Source of the DNA: a virus
Taxonomy: Duplodnaviria; Caudoviricetes
DNA length: 64,000 nt
IMG/VR virus record: IMGVR_UViG_3300044719_000048
Span: 125,545 to 189,544 of that record
Reading direction: 5' to 3' (one strand)
In this document: positions 10,118 to 19,379 of the stretch, piece after piece
Position numbering within the stretch: position 1 is the stretch's first letter
How the letters are laid out: each line of letters starts with the position of its first letter
Translations under genes and position numbers: made by a program
Notes under the pieces: model-generated
Databases searched by the model: none
What the model was told of the DNA's origin: nothing
Seen by the model: only the letters and a program-made list of their open reading frames with translations

Positions 10118-11041
10118 ATGATTCACACACTAAAGGAAGTAAAGACCTATCTATCAACGTATTTGCAACGTGTTGGCGCCAAGGAGCGCAGGCTGAACGT
10201 GGGGCAGGTACTTGATCCGCTGACCTTCATCAAGGAGGACCACTCGACTTTGGTTGGCAAAGTCGAGACCATCACACTCAGCACGTTGAGTGGCCCTTGC
10301 TGCGGACCAATGAGAAACTATGGGACTCCAGAGCACACGGCCTTAGCCTTGTGGGAAAAGCTGGAACCCCTCATCGCGTTGGTTCCATCTGCTTACGTCC
10401 ACATTTCCAATCCGTACATCGACTACACAAAAGGCACTATCTATCACGAGAATGCCAACTGGACAACTTTGATAGACGTTGCGATCTACAGTTACGACGG
10501 TATGATGTTCAAGACAATACGTAACGCTAATGGATCAGCCTCTGGTCTTTCCTCAGAGCTGACTCCTACTGTCGACTGCGCGACTCATGTTCTTTGCACG
10601 GTTCAGCCTTTTCAGATCAAGGTTTTCGAGCCAAACGTTCTGAGCCAATTGCAGTACACGGTCGACCATGTTATCGGGAAGAACAAGCAACAGTTCTTTG
10701 AGGACCTACGCAATGACTTTGACAGAGCAGTGGAGTACGCGTGGACACAACTATCAAATATTGAGAGCCGGGCGACTCCCGCCAAACAGGAGGTTTCTCC
10801 TGAGGAATCCACTTCTGCCTACGCTAAGGCTGATGACCTACTTCGTGCCGGAAAATATCAAGAGTTTGCCGAGGTAGTTGCCAATCATTTTGATAGCCCT
10901 GTGACCGTTCATTTGAACGCGGGCTTTATTGAGGGGTTTGAACTCAACGGTAAGCACTACCTGTCTACCGAACTTGTTGCTATGATGAAGATAGCAGGAC
11001 AGCCTCAGTCTAAGCTGGAGCCTCAGGGAGACCCAACGTGA
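10118..11041 (+). CDS. hypothetical protein
   Basis: 307-aa ORF overlapping the start of the nuclease gene. Confidence 0.7.
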   Translation: MIHTLKEVKTYLSTYLQRVGAKERRLNVGQVLDPLTFIKEDHSTLVGKVETITLSTLSGPCCGPMRNYGTPEHTALALWEKLEPLIALVPSAYVHISNPYIDYTKGTIYHENANWTTLIDVAIYSYDGMMFKTIRNANGSASGLSSELTPTVDCATHVLCTVQPFQIKVFEPNVLSQLQYTVDHVIGKNKQQFFEDLRNDFDRAVEYAWTQLSNIESRATPAKQEVSPEESTSAYAKADDLLRAGKYQEFAEVVANHFDSPVTVHLNAGFIEGFELNGKHYLSTELVAMMKIAGQPQSKLEPQGDPT

Positions 11042-12045
11042 TTGAATTAGTGGGGATCGGGGATCTGCATCTAACCGACGAAAAGGGGCAAGGAGGACTC
11101 GCCAAATACATCGAAGACCCGAACGGCTATGTCATGAGCGAGGCTCAACGTGTCGTCAACTGGGCGCAGAAGAAGGGTATCAACTTGGTGATCCTCTACG
11201 GTGACATATGCGAGAACGCGCGCATGAGCTACGAGGCCAATCTCGCGTTGGTGAAGTTCTTCCGTCGTAACAAAGATATGGACTTCATCGTCTATCGAGG
11301 CAACCACGACTCGGTGGCTCACGGCGCTGACGAAGGCCACTCGCTGGAGATCTTGATGAGCCATCGCCTGAAGAACGTGCGGGTCTTTGTTGAAGACACC
11401 TACGTGGATGTTGGCAAGCAGCGGATAAAGATCTGCCCGTGGCCTTCGACAGCGTTCGATCCAAAGGTCCTGAACTTCGGTCACATCGAGGTCTATGGAT
11501 CCAAGCTCGACAGCGGCCGCAAGATGGAGTCAGACGAGCTGCCGAAGTCGAAGGCCGTCATCGGCATGGGGCACCTGCACACGAACCACCGGGTACGCAA
11601 CACCTACTACTCAGGCACTCTCTATCAGACGAATTTCGGTGAGTCGCTCCCCAAGTTCTTCCACCACGTGAAGTTTTCATCACCTGATGACTTCGAGTTC
11701 GAGTCCGTGCCCTTCGACCCGAAGTACAAGCTGTTCAACTGCGTAATCGAAACCGCCGAAGACGTCGCGGCTCTACCGACCGATCCACACCACCTGGTCA
11801 AGCTCGTCGTGAAGGACGGCGCCGATGTTGAAGTCCCGGCACGCCCCAACATCGTCATCAACAAGACGTTCAAGACCAAATCCGACTTGGCGCAGATCCT
11901 GACCGAAGACCTGATGCACGGCAAGGAACTGATTCTCAACAGCGCCGAATTCTTCCACGACTGGATCGCCCAGCAGTCTGTGCCTCAACGTCTGAAGAAG
12001 CGCACGACCGCATTGCGCGAACGACTCCTAGGAGCATCGCAATGA
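11038..12045 (+). CDS. Mre11/SbcD (T4 gp47-like) metallophosphoesterase nuclease
   Basis: GDLH, YGD, GNHD, GH and GHLH motifs; YSGTLYQTNFGE. Confidence 0.85.
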   Translation: MIELVGIGDLHLTDEKGQGGLAKYIEDPNGYVMSEAQRVVNWAQKKGINLVILYGDICENARMSYEANLALVKFFRRNKDMDFIVYRGNHDSVAHGADEGHSLEILMSHRLKNVRVFVEDTYVDVGKQRIKICPWPSTAFDPKVLNFGHIEVYGSKLDSGRKMESDELPKSKAVIGMGHLHTNHRVRNTYYSGTLYQTNFGESLPKFFHHVKFSSPDDFEFESVPFDPKYKLFNCVIETAEDVAALPTDPHHLVKLVVKDGADVEVPARPNIVINKTFKTKSDLAQILTEDLMHGKELILNSAEFFHDWIAQQSVPQRLKKRTTALRERLLGASQ

Positions 12046-12572
12046 ACATCTTCAAAGAGCAGCAAGAAGCCGTAGACAAAATGGCGGAAGACCTCAAAGC
12101 CCATCGCTGGTCCTTGGTGAAGTGCGGACAAAGGAGCGGCAAAGGTATCATGGTCTGGACGCTGGTGAAGCAGAGCGACTACGAACGCATAGTGTGGCTT
12201 TCCACTCTTCCTGAGAAGGACCTCAGACAGTCGGTGAGGTCCATGCGTATCATGATGAGCATTCCTGACGAGCTGGAGGTCGTGTATTGGTCACAGCCTG
12301 AGCGCGCATCAAAGCGGACCCTCGTGATCATCGACGAGGCCATGCACATGCCTGATTCTTATTCCGTCCTTGAGCAAGAGCTTTTGAAGGGGTGCGACGT
12401 GGTTGTTATTGGTTCGCGAGGTCCGGAATATGATTTGGACATTCGGTGGACCAAGTTGAAGGGCCATTCCTATCATGCGTGGGAACTGAACCCGCTGGTG
12501 ACACGCGCTAGTCTCCAGCCGTTCTACGCAGAAGACTCCCTGAGAGCAGCGCGTGACTATGAAGGCTACTGA
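12042..12572 (+). CDS. stand-alone terminase-like P-loop ATPase domain
   Basis: GQRSGKG, VIIDEA, WELNP...RDY; only 176 aa. Confidence 0.55.
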   Translation: MNIFKEQQEAVDKMAEDLKAHRWSLVKCGQRSGKGIMVWTLVKQSDYERIVWLSTLPEKDLRQSVRSMRIMMSIPDELEVVYWSQPERASKRTLVIIDEAMHMPDSYSVLEQELLKGCDVVVIGSRGPEYDLDIRWTKLKGHSYHAWELNPLVTRASLQPFYAEDSLRAARDYEGY

Positions 12573-12573
12573 C

Positions 12574-12798
12574 ATGACTCCTGTGATTCTGATTGCCAAC
12601 CCGACTGACGAGCAGGTCGGTCAGATTGAGGCTTCCATTCGAGAGTGGGAGATGAAGGCTGCTCGAGGAGAGTGCAGTTGGATTTGCTCCGACTGTTCGA
12701 TGACCTTCCCGGAAGGCATGCCTGACAAATGCGAGCACGGCCACCAACGCTGCACCGACATCATCCAATCCTATAAGGAGACGGTCAAGGCCAGCTAG
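12574..12798 (+). CDS. small Cys-rich protein
   Basis: CSDC...CEH...C. Confidence 0.55.
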   Translation: MTPVILIANPTDEQVGQIEASIREWEMKAARGECSWICSDCSMTFPEGMPDKCEHGHQRCTDIIQSYKETVKAS

Positions 12799-12821
12799 TA
12801 AATAAAGCACAGGAGGAATCG

Positions 12822-13049
12822 ATGAAGACTTTCTGTGTAGTTGTTGGGCAACCGCTGGTGGTGGCGCGGTGCCCACTACCTAGTGGTGCTTGCGCGTGGC
12901 AGCACCGAGCATCCAACTTCTGCAAGTACACCGACAAGGACCTGACGGTGAGTGAACATGCCGAGCTCGTCGGTTTGCCTCCACCCAAGTCGCAAGATGT
13001 GCAGGCACTGGAACAGCGTTTGATAGAGGCCATCAGGTCCTCAGTTTAA
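12822..13049 (+). CDS. small Cys-rich protein
   Basis: AGGAGG SD; four Cys; AGTAAATA upstream. Confidence 0.65.
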   Translation: MKTFCVVVGQPLVVARCPLPSGACAWQHRASNFCKYTDKDLTVSEHAELVGLPPPKSQDVQALEQRLIEAIRSSV

Positions 13050-13067
13050 TGAGCAATTCGGATTGCG

Positions 13068-13856
13068 ATGAGCAACCACTTTCAACTGCCCTCCGAGGTA
13101 CCCAAAACAATGCCCACTGGGCGGAGGTCACAAATGAAGTTTCTTCCAATCTCGTACTTCGACAAGAACCCGAAATCCACCAAACCGATCTGGGGCGTCA
13201 ACACTGCGTCCGAGTCGGACCTGGGTGTCGTCGGTGAAATCCTGCTGGCTATCCCGGGCCCGAACGGTGGCACCCCGGATCGCCTGCTGATTCCGCAAAC
13301 GTGGTTGCCGCAAGAGCTCACGCGCGTCATCGGGCGTAAGCGATTGCTCAACTCCGTCGAGTTCCGCTCGGCAGTCGACAAGAAGCTGATCGGCCTGATT
13401 TCGGAAGAGGACGCGCAGCGTCTGCTTCGCCAAGATGGTGCCGTCGAGGAGCAGGAGAAGATTCGTGCACGTGCTCGCCAGATTCGTCAGGCCGGCGCCG
13501 CTCGTACTCTGGCCGACTCCAAGACCGAAGTCACTCGCGCTGACGGAGTGGCCGTCGAAGAGGACGACGATCAGGGTGGCCGCAACAAAACGGTCATCAT
13601 CGATCCGAGTGAGCAAGCCAACGCGGCAGAGCTCGCTGCCTCTGGCGTCGAGGACGTGGAGCCCGGCATCTCGGTGCAATTCAAGATGTGGGTCGATCGC
13701 CTGGCGTTGTCGAAAGACGTACTGGCGAAAAACGACATCAAGTCGCGTCGTAAGTTTTCGTCCGCCGAACTTCGCTATCTCCAACGCGAGCTGCCGCGTA
13801 GCTTCACGCAGACGCTCACGATGGTGAATGCTACCCTGTCGAAGATGACGAAGTAA
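13068..13856 (+). CDS. hypothetical protein
   Basis: 262-aa ORF with strong codon bias; start uncertain. Confidence 0.75.
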   Translation: MSNHFQLPSEVPKTMPTGRRSQMKFLPISYFDKNPKSTKPIWGVNTASESDLGVVGEILLAIPGPNGGTPDRLLIPQTWLPQELTRVIGRKRLLNSVEFRSAVDKKLIGLISEEDAQRLLRQDGAVEEQEKIRARARQIRQAGAARTLADSKTEVTRADGVAVEEDDDQGGRNKTVIIDPSEQANAAELAASGVEDVEPGISVQFKMWVDRLALSKDVLAKNDIKSRRKFSSAELRYLQRELPRSFTQTLTMVNATLSKMTK

Positions 13857-13927
13857 CCAGTAGTGCTGTAGCAAACCTGAGCGTGGGCAGGAGACGTACC
13901 CATGCAATCCCTAGTTTTGGACTTTGC

Positions 13928-13959
13928 CCTAGGCCCTAAAAAGCCTAGGGTCTTTTTTT
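13928..13959 (+). terminator. intrinsic terminator
   Basis: CCCTAGGC/GCCTAGGG stem followed by a T7 run. Confidence 0.7.
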
Positions 13960-14135
13960 CGCCCCTCGCATCCTCTGTACATACGCTTGCACGTACTCAC
14001 TCCCCTTTTGACCGCGTTCTTGCGCCAAAAGCGGCTTTCCTTCCCTATTTCCGCCAAACAAGCCTGAAAAGCCACGATTTTTGACGAAAATCAGAGCCAA
14101 AAGGCGTCCAAAAGCCCCACACTGAGCAAAATCCG

Positions 14136-14144
14136 TGTTATACT
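14136..14144 (+). promoter_or_regulatory. extended -10 sigma70-type promoter
   Basis: TGtTATACT with phased A-tracts upstream. Confidence 0.65.
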
Positions 14145-14171
14145 GAAACCGTAACACCCTTCCCTAAACAA

Positions 14172-14186
14172 TCCCTATGAAAAGGA
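14172..14186 (+). promoter_or_regulatory. CUAUGAAAA-loop hairpin over SD (copy 1)
   Basis: TCC-CTATGAAAA-GGA. Confidence 0.8.
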
Positions 14187-14192
14187 AATATC

Positions 14193-14489
14193 ATGGCTAT
14201 CACTACCGAAGAAAAGGCTTTCCGTCAATTCCTGCGCTCGACGTTCAAGGCTCGCATGGCTTGCGACGAATCCGGCAACAACATCACCTCGCTCAAAGGC
14301 AAGACCGCGAAGGCTCAAATCCGCAACGTCGACACGGTGCTGGAGAACCTGCGCGCCAAGGCCAAGGTCCTGAAGGAGACGAATCGTTCGGTGACTTTCG
14401 CCTACCAGCAAGGCAAGAAAGGCCCCTCGGCGGAAATCACGGTGTCGCTGGCTGACGATCGCACGCTGACGATGGTCTCGAAACACTAA
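14193..14489 (+). CDS. basic hypothetical protein
   Basis: AAGGA SD; first gene after the promoter. Confidence 0.75.
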   Translation: MAITTEEKAFRQFLRSTFKARMACDESGNNITSLKGKTAKAQIRNVDTVLENLRAKAKVLKETNRSVTFAYQQGKKGPSAEITVSLADDRTLTMVSKH

Positions 14490-14507
14490 TGCGCAACGTA
14501 CTCTGAG

Positions 14508-14536
14508 GCGGCCCTGCAAAAACGGGGCTGCCTTTT
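14508..14536 (+). terminator. probable intrinsic terminator
   Basis: GCGGCCC...GGGCTGC stem followed by TTTT. Confidence 0.6.
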
Positions 14537-14556
14537 CTCACCTCAGTTCACTCAAT

Positions 14557-14571
14557 CGGCTATGAAAACCG
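14557..14571 (+). promoter_or_regulatory. CUAUGAAAA-loop hairpin containing the start codon (copy 2)
   Basis: CGG-CTATGAAAA-CCG. Confidence 0.75.
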
Positions 14572-14843
14572 CATACGAACTCTTTCTCGAATCTCTGGGC
14601 TTCACTGACGTACGGCAGATCAAGACCTCCGGCGTAGTCGAGCTCTACGTCGGCCAAACGATGAAGGCTGCAAAGAAACTCTTGCGCGGAAAGCGCCTGC
14701 GTTTCCCACTCATCGAGAAAGGGAGCATCGCTAACGCCCAGTTCCAGAAGCTGTACGCCGTACAGGACCAGAGGGTCGTCGGCCAGGTCCAGATTCTCGG
14801 GTACACCACCCACACTATCATCCAACTGGAGAACCTTTCGTGA
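14562..14843 (+). CDS. hypothetical protein
   Basis: 93-aa ORF overlapping the next gene; no SD. Confidence 0.65.
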   Translation: MKTAYELFLESLGFTDVRQIKTSGVVELYVGQTMKAAKKLLRGKRLRFPLIEKGSIANAQFQKLYAVQDQRVVGQVQILGYTTHTIIQLENLS

Positions 14844-15220
14844 GCTTACCCGACGACGTGCGCAGTCAGCTTGAGGCTTTCGTGAGTCGGCCAGTAGGGG
14901 ACATGATGCAGGTCGCGCGGAGCAATCTTGCGATTGACCAGTCGGGCATCAGTGCCTACTTCCGACTCAGCTACCGTTCTATTCGTGGGCTCATCAGTCC
15001 TGCTGTTGACTTTGCGCGCATCAGCATCGACCCTGAGTGCAGGGGACGCGGATACATGAGAGACATCTTGTCGATCTTGGAAAGCAACCCGAACAGGCTT
15101 CCGGTCTACGTCGAGTCGATGATAGACCCCGACCTCATTCCCGTGTTCGAGCGACGCGGGTACATCGTGTGTTCCGACGACGGGTACGGCGTCGTCGACT
15201 TAGTTTATCAACCCAAATAA
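14840..15220 (+). CDS. GNAT-like acetyltransferase
   Basis: ISIDPECRGRGY acetyl-CoA-binding motif; FERRGY. Confidence 0.6.
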   Translation: MSLPDDVRSQLEAFVSRPVGDMMQVARSNLAIDQSGISAYFRLSYRSIRGLISPAVDFARISIDPECRGRGYMRDILSILESNPNRLPVYVESMIDPDLIPVFERRGYIVCSDDGYGVVDLVYQPK

Positions 15221-15240
15221 CCTCTTCGGAGGGAGAAACA

Positions 15241-15555
15241 ATGCAGATCGTAATGTCCAATGGCGCTTCTAAAGAGGCACCGCTCAAACTCAAGACCGTT
15301 TATACGTTCCGCGGTCAGATCGTCAAAGTCACTCGGGGCACCAACCTTTTCGAGGCCGGCCCCAACGTGCAACGCAACTTACAGATCAACAAGTACGGTG
15401 CCAACTACGTGGAGGTCTTGGACGCCGAGACCGACCAACTGTATTACTCGCAGTCCCGCAGCATGAGCGGTAAGATCGGTGCGCCTCACTATGAATGGAA
15501 TCCCGAGGAGACTGAGCGCCGCTACGGCGCCACTGCTCTTCTACTCCCGAAGTAA
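15241..15555 (+). CDS. hypothetical protein
   Basis: GGAG SD before ATG 15241. Confidence 0.65.
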   Translation: MQIVMSNGASKEAPLKLKTVYTFRGQIVKVTRGTNLFEAGPNVQRNLQINKYGANYVEVLDAETDQLYYSQSRSMSGKIGAPHYEWNPEETERRYGATALLLPK

Positions 15556-15689
15556 TCGCAGGTCAGCATAGGCGACGTGCTTTATTAAAGGCCCACTCGA
15601 TTGGGCATAAGTCGCCAATCCATAACTAGAGGAGACCGTGTCCTGATGCCCCAAACTAAACGGTCCATCATCCTGCCCAGGAGTCTACA

Positions 15690-16265
15690 ATGTACACTGC
15701 AATCGAATTCAATGACGCAACTGATCGTGAACTACAGATGGCGGCGAAGTTTGCCGATGCAGGTGAGTGTCCTAAACTTCAGGTAATGGTCGAGCGTCCC
15801 GATCTTCGGGAACGCGACCGAGAAGCGTTGCGTGAGTACTTGGTTGATCGCGGCTACAAAGCGTTGCTGATCGAGACCGCGCGTCTTACTAGCAGTAGTC
15901 GCAACGTGGCATTCAGCACGGCTTTGCCGTTGACGCATAGTGCTGACGTGTCGAACCGAGGCAAAACCTTCTTGAGTGACCTCGGCTTCTTTCGGGTCAC
16001 TCCGATGATGAGCTTCGGTGCCCCGTCGCTGAAATACACGGTGTCTCACTCGTTCGAGGGGACTATCGAGATCCTGCACACACGTCATGATGTGTGGGAC
16101 TTCGAGCTCGCGGACATCAAGCCCAACATCGTGTGCCGGGACGGTCGATACGACGACTACATCTACAGTGTTCGTGCCAGCGGCACTGTGATCGGTCGAT
16201 TGACCGTACGCCGGTTCACTGACGAGCGTAGTGTTACCCATATTGAACTGCACCCACTTAACTGA
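15690..16265 (+). CDS. hypothetical protein
   Basis: AGGAG SD; 191 aa. Confidence 0.7.
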   Translation: MYTAIEFNDATDRELQMAAKFADAGECPKLQVMVERPDLRERDREALREYLVDRGYKALLIETARLTSSSRNVAFSTALPLTHSADVSNRGKTFLSDLGFFRVTPMMSFGAPSLKYTVSHSFEGTIEILHTRHDVWDFELADIKPNIVCRDGRYDDYIYSVRASGTVIGRLTVRRFTDERSVTHIELHPLN

Positions 16266-16276
16266 TCGGAGGACGT

Positions 16277-16615
16277 ATGCTCAATCTTCGCGAAGGCTTC
16301 TTCAAGTCGGAAGCCGAACCTGAGTTGCCCGCAGCTCGTGCACGCACAAAGCCGTGGCGTGGTCGTCGTGTGTTCTTGGAAGCACTAGCCAAAGTGCAGG
16401 CGTCCGAGAAAGTCTCGAAGAAGAAGTTCAAGGGCGCGAGCACCTGCCGGTGCTGTGGCGAAGCCAACGGTTCGGCAGAGTACCACCTCGTCATGGGCGA
16501 TGTTCTGACCGTCGTATGGCCGCAAGGTTTTGAGCACTACGTGCGCGAGCACAACGTCAGACCCGGTCTGATGTTTCATGATCTCATCCTGCAAATGGCT
16601 CAGGATCTCGAGTAG
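16277..16615 (+). CDS. Zn-binding hypothetical protein
   Basis: CRCC...WPQGFEHYVREHNVRP; GGAGG SD. Confidence 0.7.
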   Translation: MLNLREGFFKSEAEPELPAARARTKPWRGRRVFLEALAKVQASEKVSKKKFKGASTCRCCGEANGSAEYHLVMGDVLTVVWPQGFEHYVREHNVRPGLMFHDLILQMAQDLE

Positions 16616-16654
16616 TTTCCCACAACAGTTCCCAAAACAATAACAGAGGTTCTC

Positions 16655-16852
16655 ATGAAGTACCTGACTCTCCCAACTTGGTGTGCCCTGAAACTTCTGA
16701 TTCACGGTATCCCGGAGCACCCTTACGCTACGTGGTACCCGACGTTGGAATCATGGGCAGCTGATTCGCCTTCAGTCTATCGGCTTATCGACTTCGCGCT
16801 GCTCGCTATCATCGGCTCCTTTTTCTACAACTTTTTATCCACCTTCTTTTGA
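16655..16852 (+). CDS. small membrane protein
   Basis: GAGG SD; hydrophobic C-terminus. Confidence 0.55.
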   Translation: MKYLTLPTWCALKLLIHGIPEHPYATWYPTLESWAADSPSVYRLIDFALLAIIGSFFYNFLSTFF

Positions 16853-16863
16853 AAGGATTAGAT

Positions 16864-17622
16864 ATGAACTTTGACAAACGCTTCAACCACGCAATGGAAT
16901 ACCTGCTGTTTTTCAACGCACGTCCCCCGGCGGAAGGCACTCGCGTTGTGCAGCCAGGCGTAGACGTGGAGGCCCGTGAGACTATCCTTGCACTGCAAGC
17001 ACAGATAGAGGCCCTACAGCGCGGCATGGCTACCATTCACGGTTGGTTGATCGCACCGGGTGGTGGCAACATGAAAGGAAGTGAGCTCGACAAGATGCTC
17101 ACCGACGCCACCGACATCAAGCCTGTGGAGTTTCCACAGGCGGTCTTACACATGGCCTCTAAGCCGCACTCTTCTAGAACAACTAGAAACGAAGACCACG
17201 AAGACGACGGCGACGGCATGCCGCGCCTCAGCAAGATCAAACCACGCAAGCCCACGTCGGCAGCCGGGCAGCAACCTGCCCACAGCAGCGGCCGGAAGCA
17301 ACGAGGTCCGAAGCTGGAACAGCCTGCGACACTGAACCAGTGGTTCCGCAAACTCATGGACAGTACTGGGGTGATCCTCGACTTTGATCGGGTCTTGTAT
17401 CGTCATGCTCGATTCGAGCAGCCGAAAATCATCTTGCTTCCAGACTCCGACGAGGATCATCAGAAACTGATCGAGTGGACGCACTCTCATGCCAGCGACT
17501 ACGCCGTGCAGTACGGCACTGAGGAGGGCTCTCAGCAGCATTGGATTTCTATTCCTGTGGCTGCTTTGTCCGAGCTCGGACTCGCAGTCCCCAATGACGG
17601 CGACGGTCTCAGTAAAGGCTGA
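16864..17622 (+). CDS. hypothetical protein (C-terminal domain paralogous to next gene)
   Basis: AAGGA SD; shared W...L....G.....RF..P...AV.YG.EE pattern. Confidence 0.7.
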   Translation: MNFDKRFNHAMEYLLFFNARPPAEGTRVVQPGVDVEARETILALQAQIEALQRGMATIHGWLIAPGGGNMKGSELDKMLTDATDIKPVEFPQAVLHMASKPHSSRTTRNEDHEDDGDGMPRLSKIKPRKPTSAAGQQPAHSSGRKQRGPKLEQPATLNQWFRKLMDSTGVILDFDRVLYRHARFEQPKIILLPDSDEDHQKLIEWTHSHASDYAVQYGTEEGSQQHWISIPVAALSELGLAVPNDGDGLSKG

Positions 17623-17678
17623 ACCGAAGGACGCCGCTTCAATACCGGAGCAGCATTTGAACGAATAAAGGAAAGCAT

Positions 17679-18233
17679 ATGAACATTACCCGTAGCACCC
17701 CGTCATTCGACGCCTGGGCCGAAACCCTATCCGATAAGTGCGGCATCGTCTTCGCGCGCAAGGAAGTGCAGCACCGTACGCAACGGTTCGATGAACCCTG
17801 TTTGGTCTTCCTGCTGGACAGCAGCTCCTATCCCACGTTCACCAAATGGCTGGACGGCCAGGTCAGCCACTTGTGCGCCGTTGACTACGGCCAAGAGGAA
17901 GACACTAGCCAGTTCTACGCGGTCGTGCCTGAGTGGGCCGTCGCCGAAGTCATCGGCGCCCACTTCCCTTATGAGGAAGCGCTGCGTGACTGGAAGACGG
18001 CAGTGTTCGGGCTGACGCCTTTGCGTCACTACGGATTCAACATCTCGTTCTACGAGGACAAGGTCATCTTCACTACTCAATACAGTGCCGTCACTGATTT
18101 GATTCGCAAAATCTTTGCCGAGGCCGGGTTGCCGTATCAGTGTACGAGTGACACCTTCAGCAGTGCGGTTTCGGTGAAGGCCTCCTACCTTAAGGCCCGA
18201 GACCTCATGCCGCCCAAACCACTCGACAAGTGA
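17679..18233 (+). CDS. hypothetical protein
   Basis: AAGGA SD; paralogous N-terminal domain. Confidence 0.7.
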   Translation: MNITRSTPSFDAWAETLSDKCGIVFARKEVQHRTQRFDEPCLVFLLDSSSYPTFTKWLDGQVSHLCAVDYGQEEDTSQFYAVVPEWAVAEVIGAHFPYEEALRDWKTAVFGLTPLRHYGFNISFYEDKVIFTTQYSAVTDLIRKIFAEAGLPYQCTSDTFSSAVSVKASYLKARDLMPPKPLDK

Positions 18234-18240
18234 GCGGAGC

Positions 18241-18561
18241 ATGGACCTGAGACTGAACCACATCAACATCGAGGGCTTGACCACCGAGACCTTGATGGCT
18301 GATATGAAGAAGCGTATGGCGGAGAGCAGAGGTGCACCTGTGCTGTATCCGTACGAGACGGTCGAAGCCCTTCTGGCTAAGATCGACGACCTGGGGACTG
18401 CTATGGTCCTCATACGAAGCCAGCTCGCACAAGCGGCAATGGCACTGCCGGAAGCCACCACCATCGAGAAGCGCCAAAGAGCATTGGCGCACGTTCACGC
18501 CGCTCTTGGCGTGATCAATGTGCAGATCGGCAAACCACCTGGAACTAACTCGACTAACTGA
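18241..18561 (+). CDS. hypothetical protein
   Basis: ORF in the gene run. Confidence 0.6.
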   Translation: MDLRLNHINIEGLTTETLMADMKKRMAESRGAPVLYPYETVEALLAKIDDLGTAMVLIRSQLAQAAMALPEATTIEKRQRALAHVHAALGVINVQIGKPPGTNSTN

Positions 18562-18574
18562 AAAAGGAACTACG

Positions 18575-19378
18575 ATGAAACAAGGAATCGAACACGGCAC
18601 TATCCCCTTCACCAAAGACCGCTATGGTCGCGCTCGCAAGATCATCTTCACGCCGGACAAGGTAGCGGTCGAGTTGGTTGATCCTCTGCCGGGAGTCGAT
18701 CCCGACGTGACGAGTCAGTTGACTCGTGACGAGAGCTTCACAGTGATCACGAAGATCAGCGCGATTCGGTCGCTGTGCAGTCAACTCGCAGACGCTTCCT
18801 CCTCGGAGACCTCGGCGACAGCAGCAACGGCATCCTGTGAGGGTTCGCGTGTTGTAGTTGTTACCGAAGCGATGGTCGACGCGTGCTATGATCATCCAGA
18901 TAAAGTGCCGTTACCCGGCAAGACTCTGATGAGGAAGACGCTGGAGCGGGCGTTGCAGGCCGCGAACGTGGTGACGGTGGACCTGCCGTATCTGCATTTG
19001 CACGCGCGCCTGTCCGGTGACTACCTGATGAAGGCCAAGGCTCATTTGGGTCATCGCTGGACCGGAGCATTGGACGAGGCGCTCAATCACGTCGACTACG
19101 TGAAGACCGCCCTCGATCCGTACGTTGAGGACAAACCGATGGAATCGCCGCCCGACTACAAGAAGTTGTTTGAGGACGCGATGTATCATCTGCGCGTCCT
19201 CAGCGGTTCGCGTAATTCGTTCACGTCTGACGCGACAGACAGGTTGTTCGATCTTGACCAACCGAGAATCGAATTGCGTACACCTGAGGTCGAAAAGATG
19301 CACCGCGAGGCCCATCAATGGCTGACGCAGCACGAGCACTTGATTCCCACTGAACCTGAACCGAAAGAGGAGGACTGA
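18575..19378 (+). CDS. hypothetical protein
   Basis: AAGGA SD before ATG 18575. Confidence 0.7.
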   Translation: MKQGIEHGTIPFTKDRYGRARKIIFTPDKVAVELVDPLPGVDPDVTSQLTRDESFTVITKISAIRSLCSQLADASSSETSATAATASCEGSRVVVVTEAMVDACYDHPDKVPLPGKTLMRKTLERALQAANVVTVDLPYLHLHARLSGDYLMKAKAHLGHRWTGALDEALNHVDYVKTALDPYVEDKPMESPPDYKKLFEDAMYHLRVLSGSRNSFTSDATDRLFDLDQPRIELRTPEVEKMHREAHQWLTQHEHLIPTEPEPKEED

Positions 19379-19379
19379 A

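Noticed and set aside
14177-14455. 92-aa ORF starting at the motif AUG
   Set aside because: It overlaps the better gene 14193-14489 out of frame and has no SD of its own.
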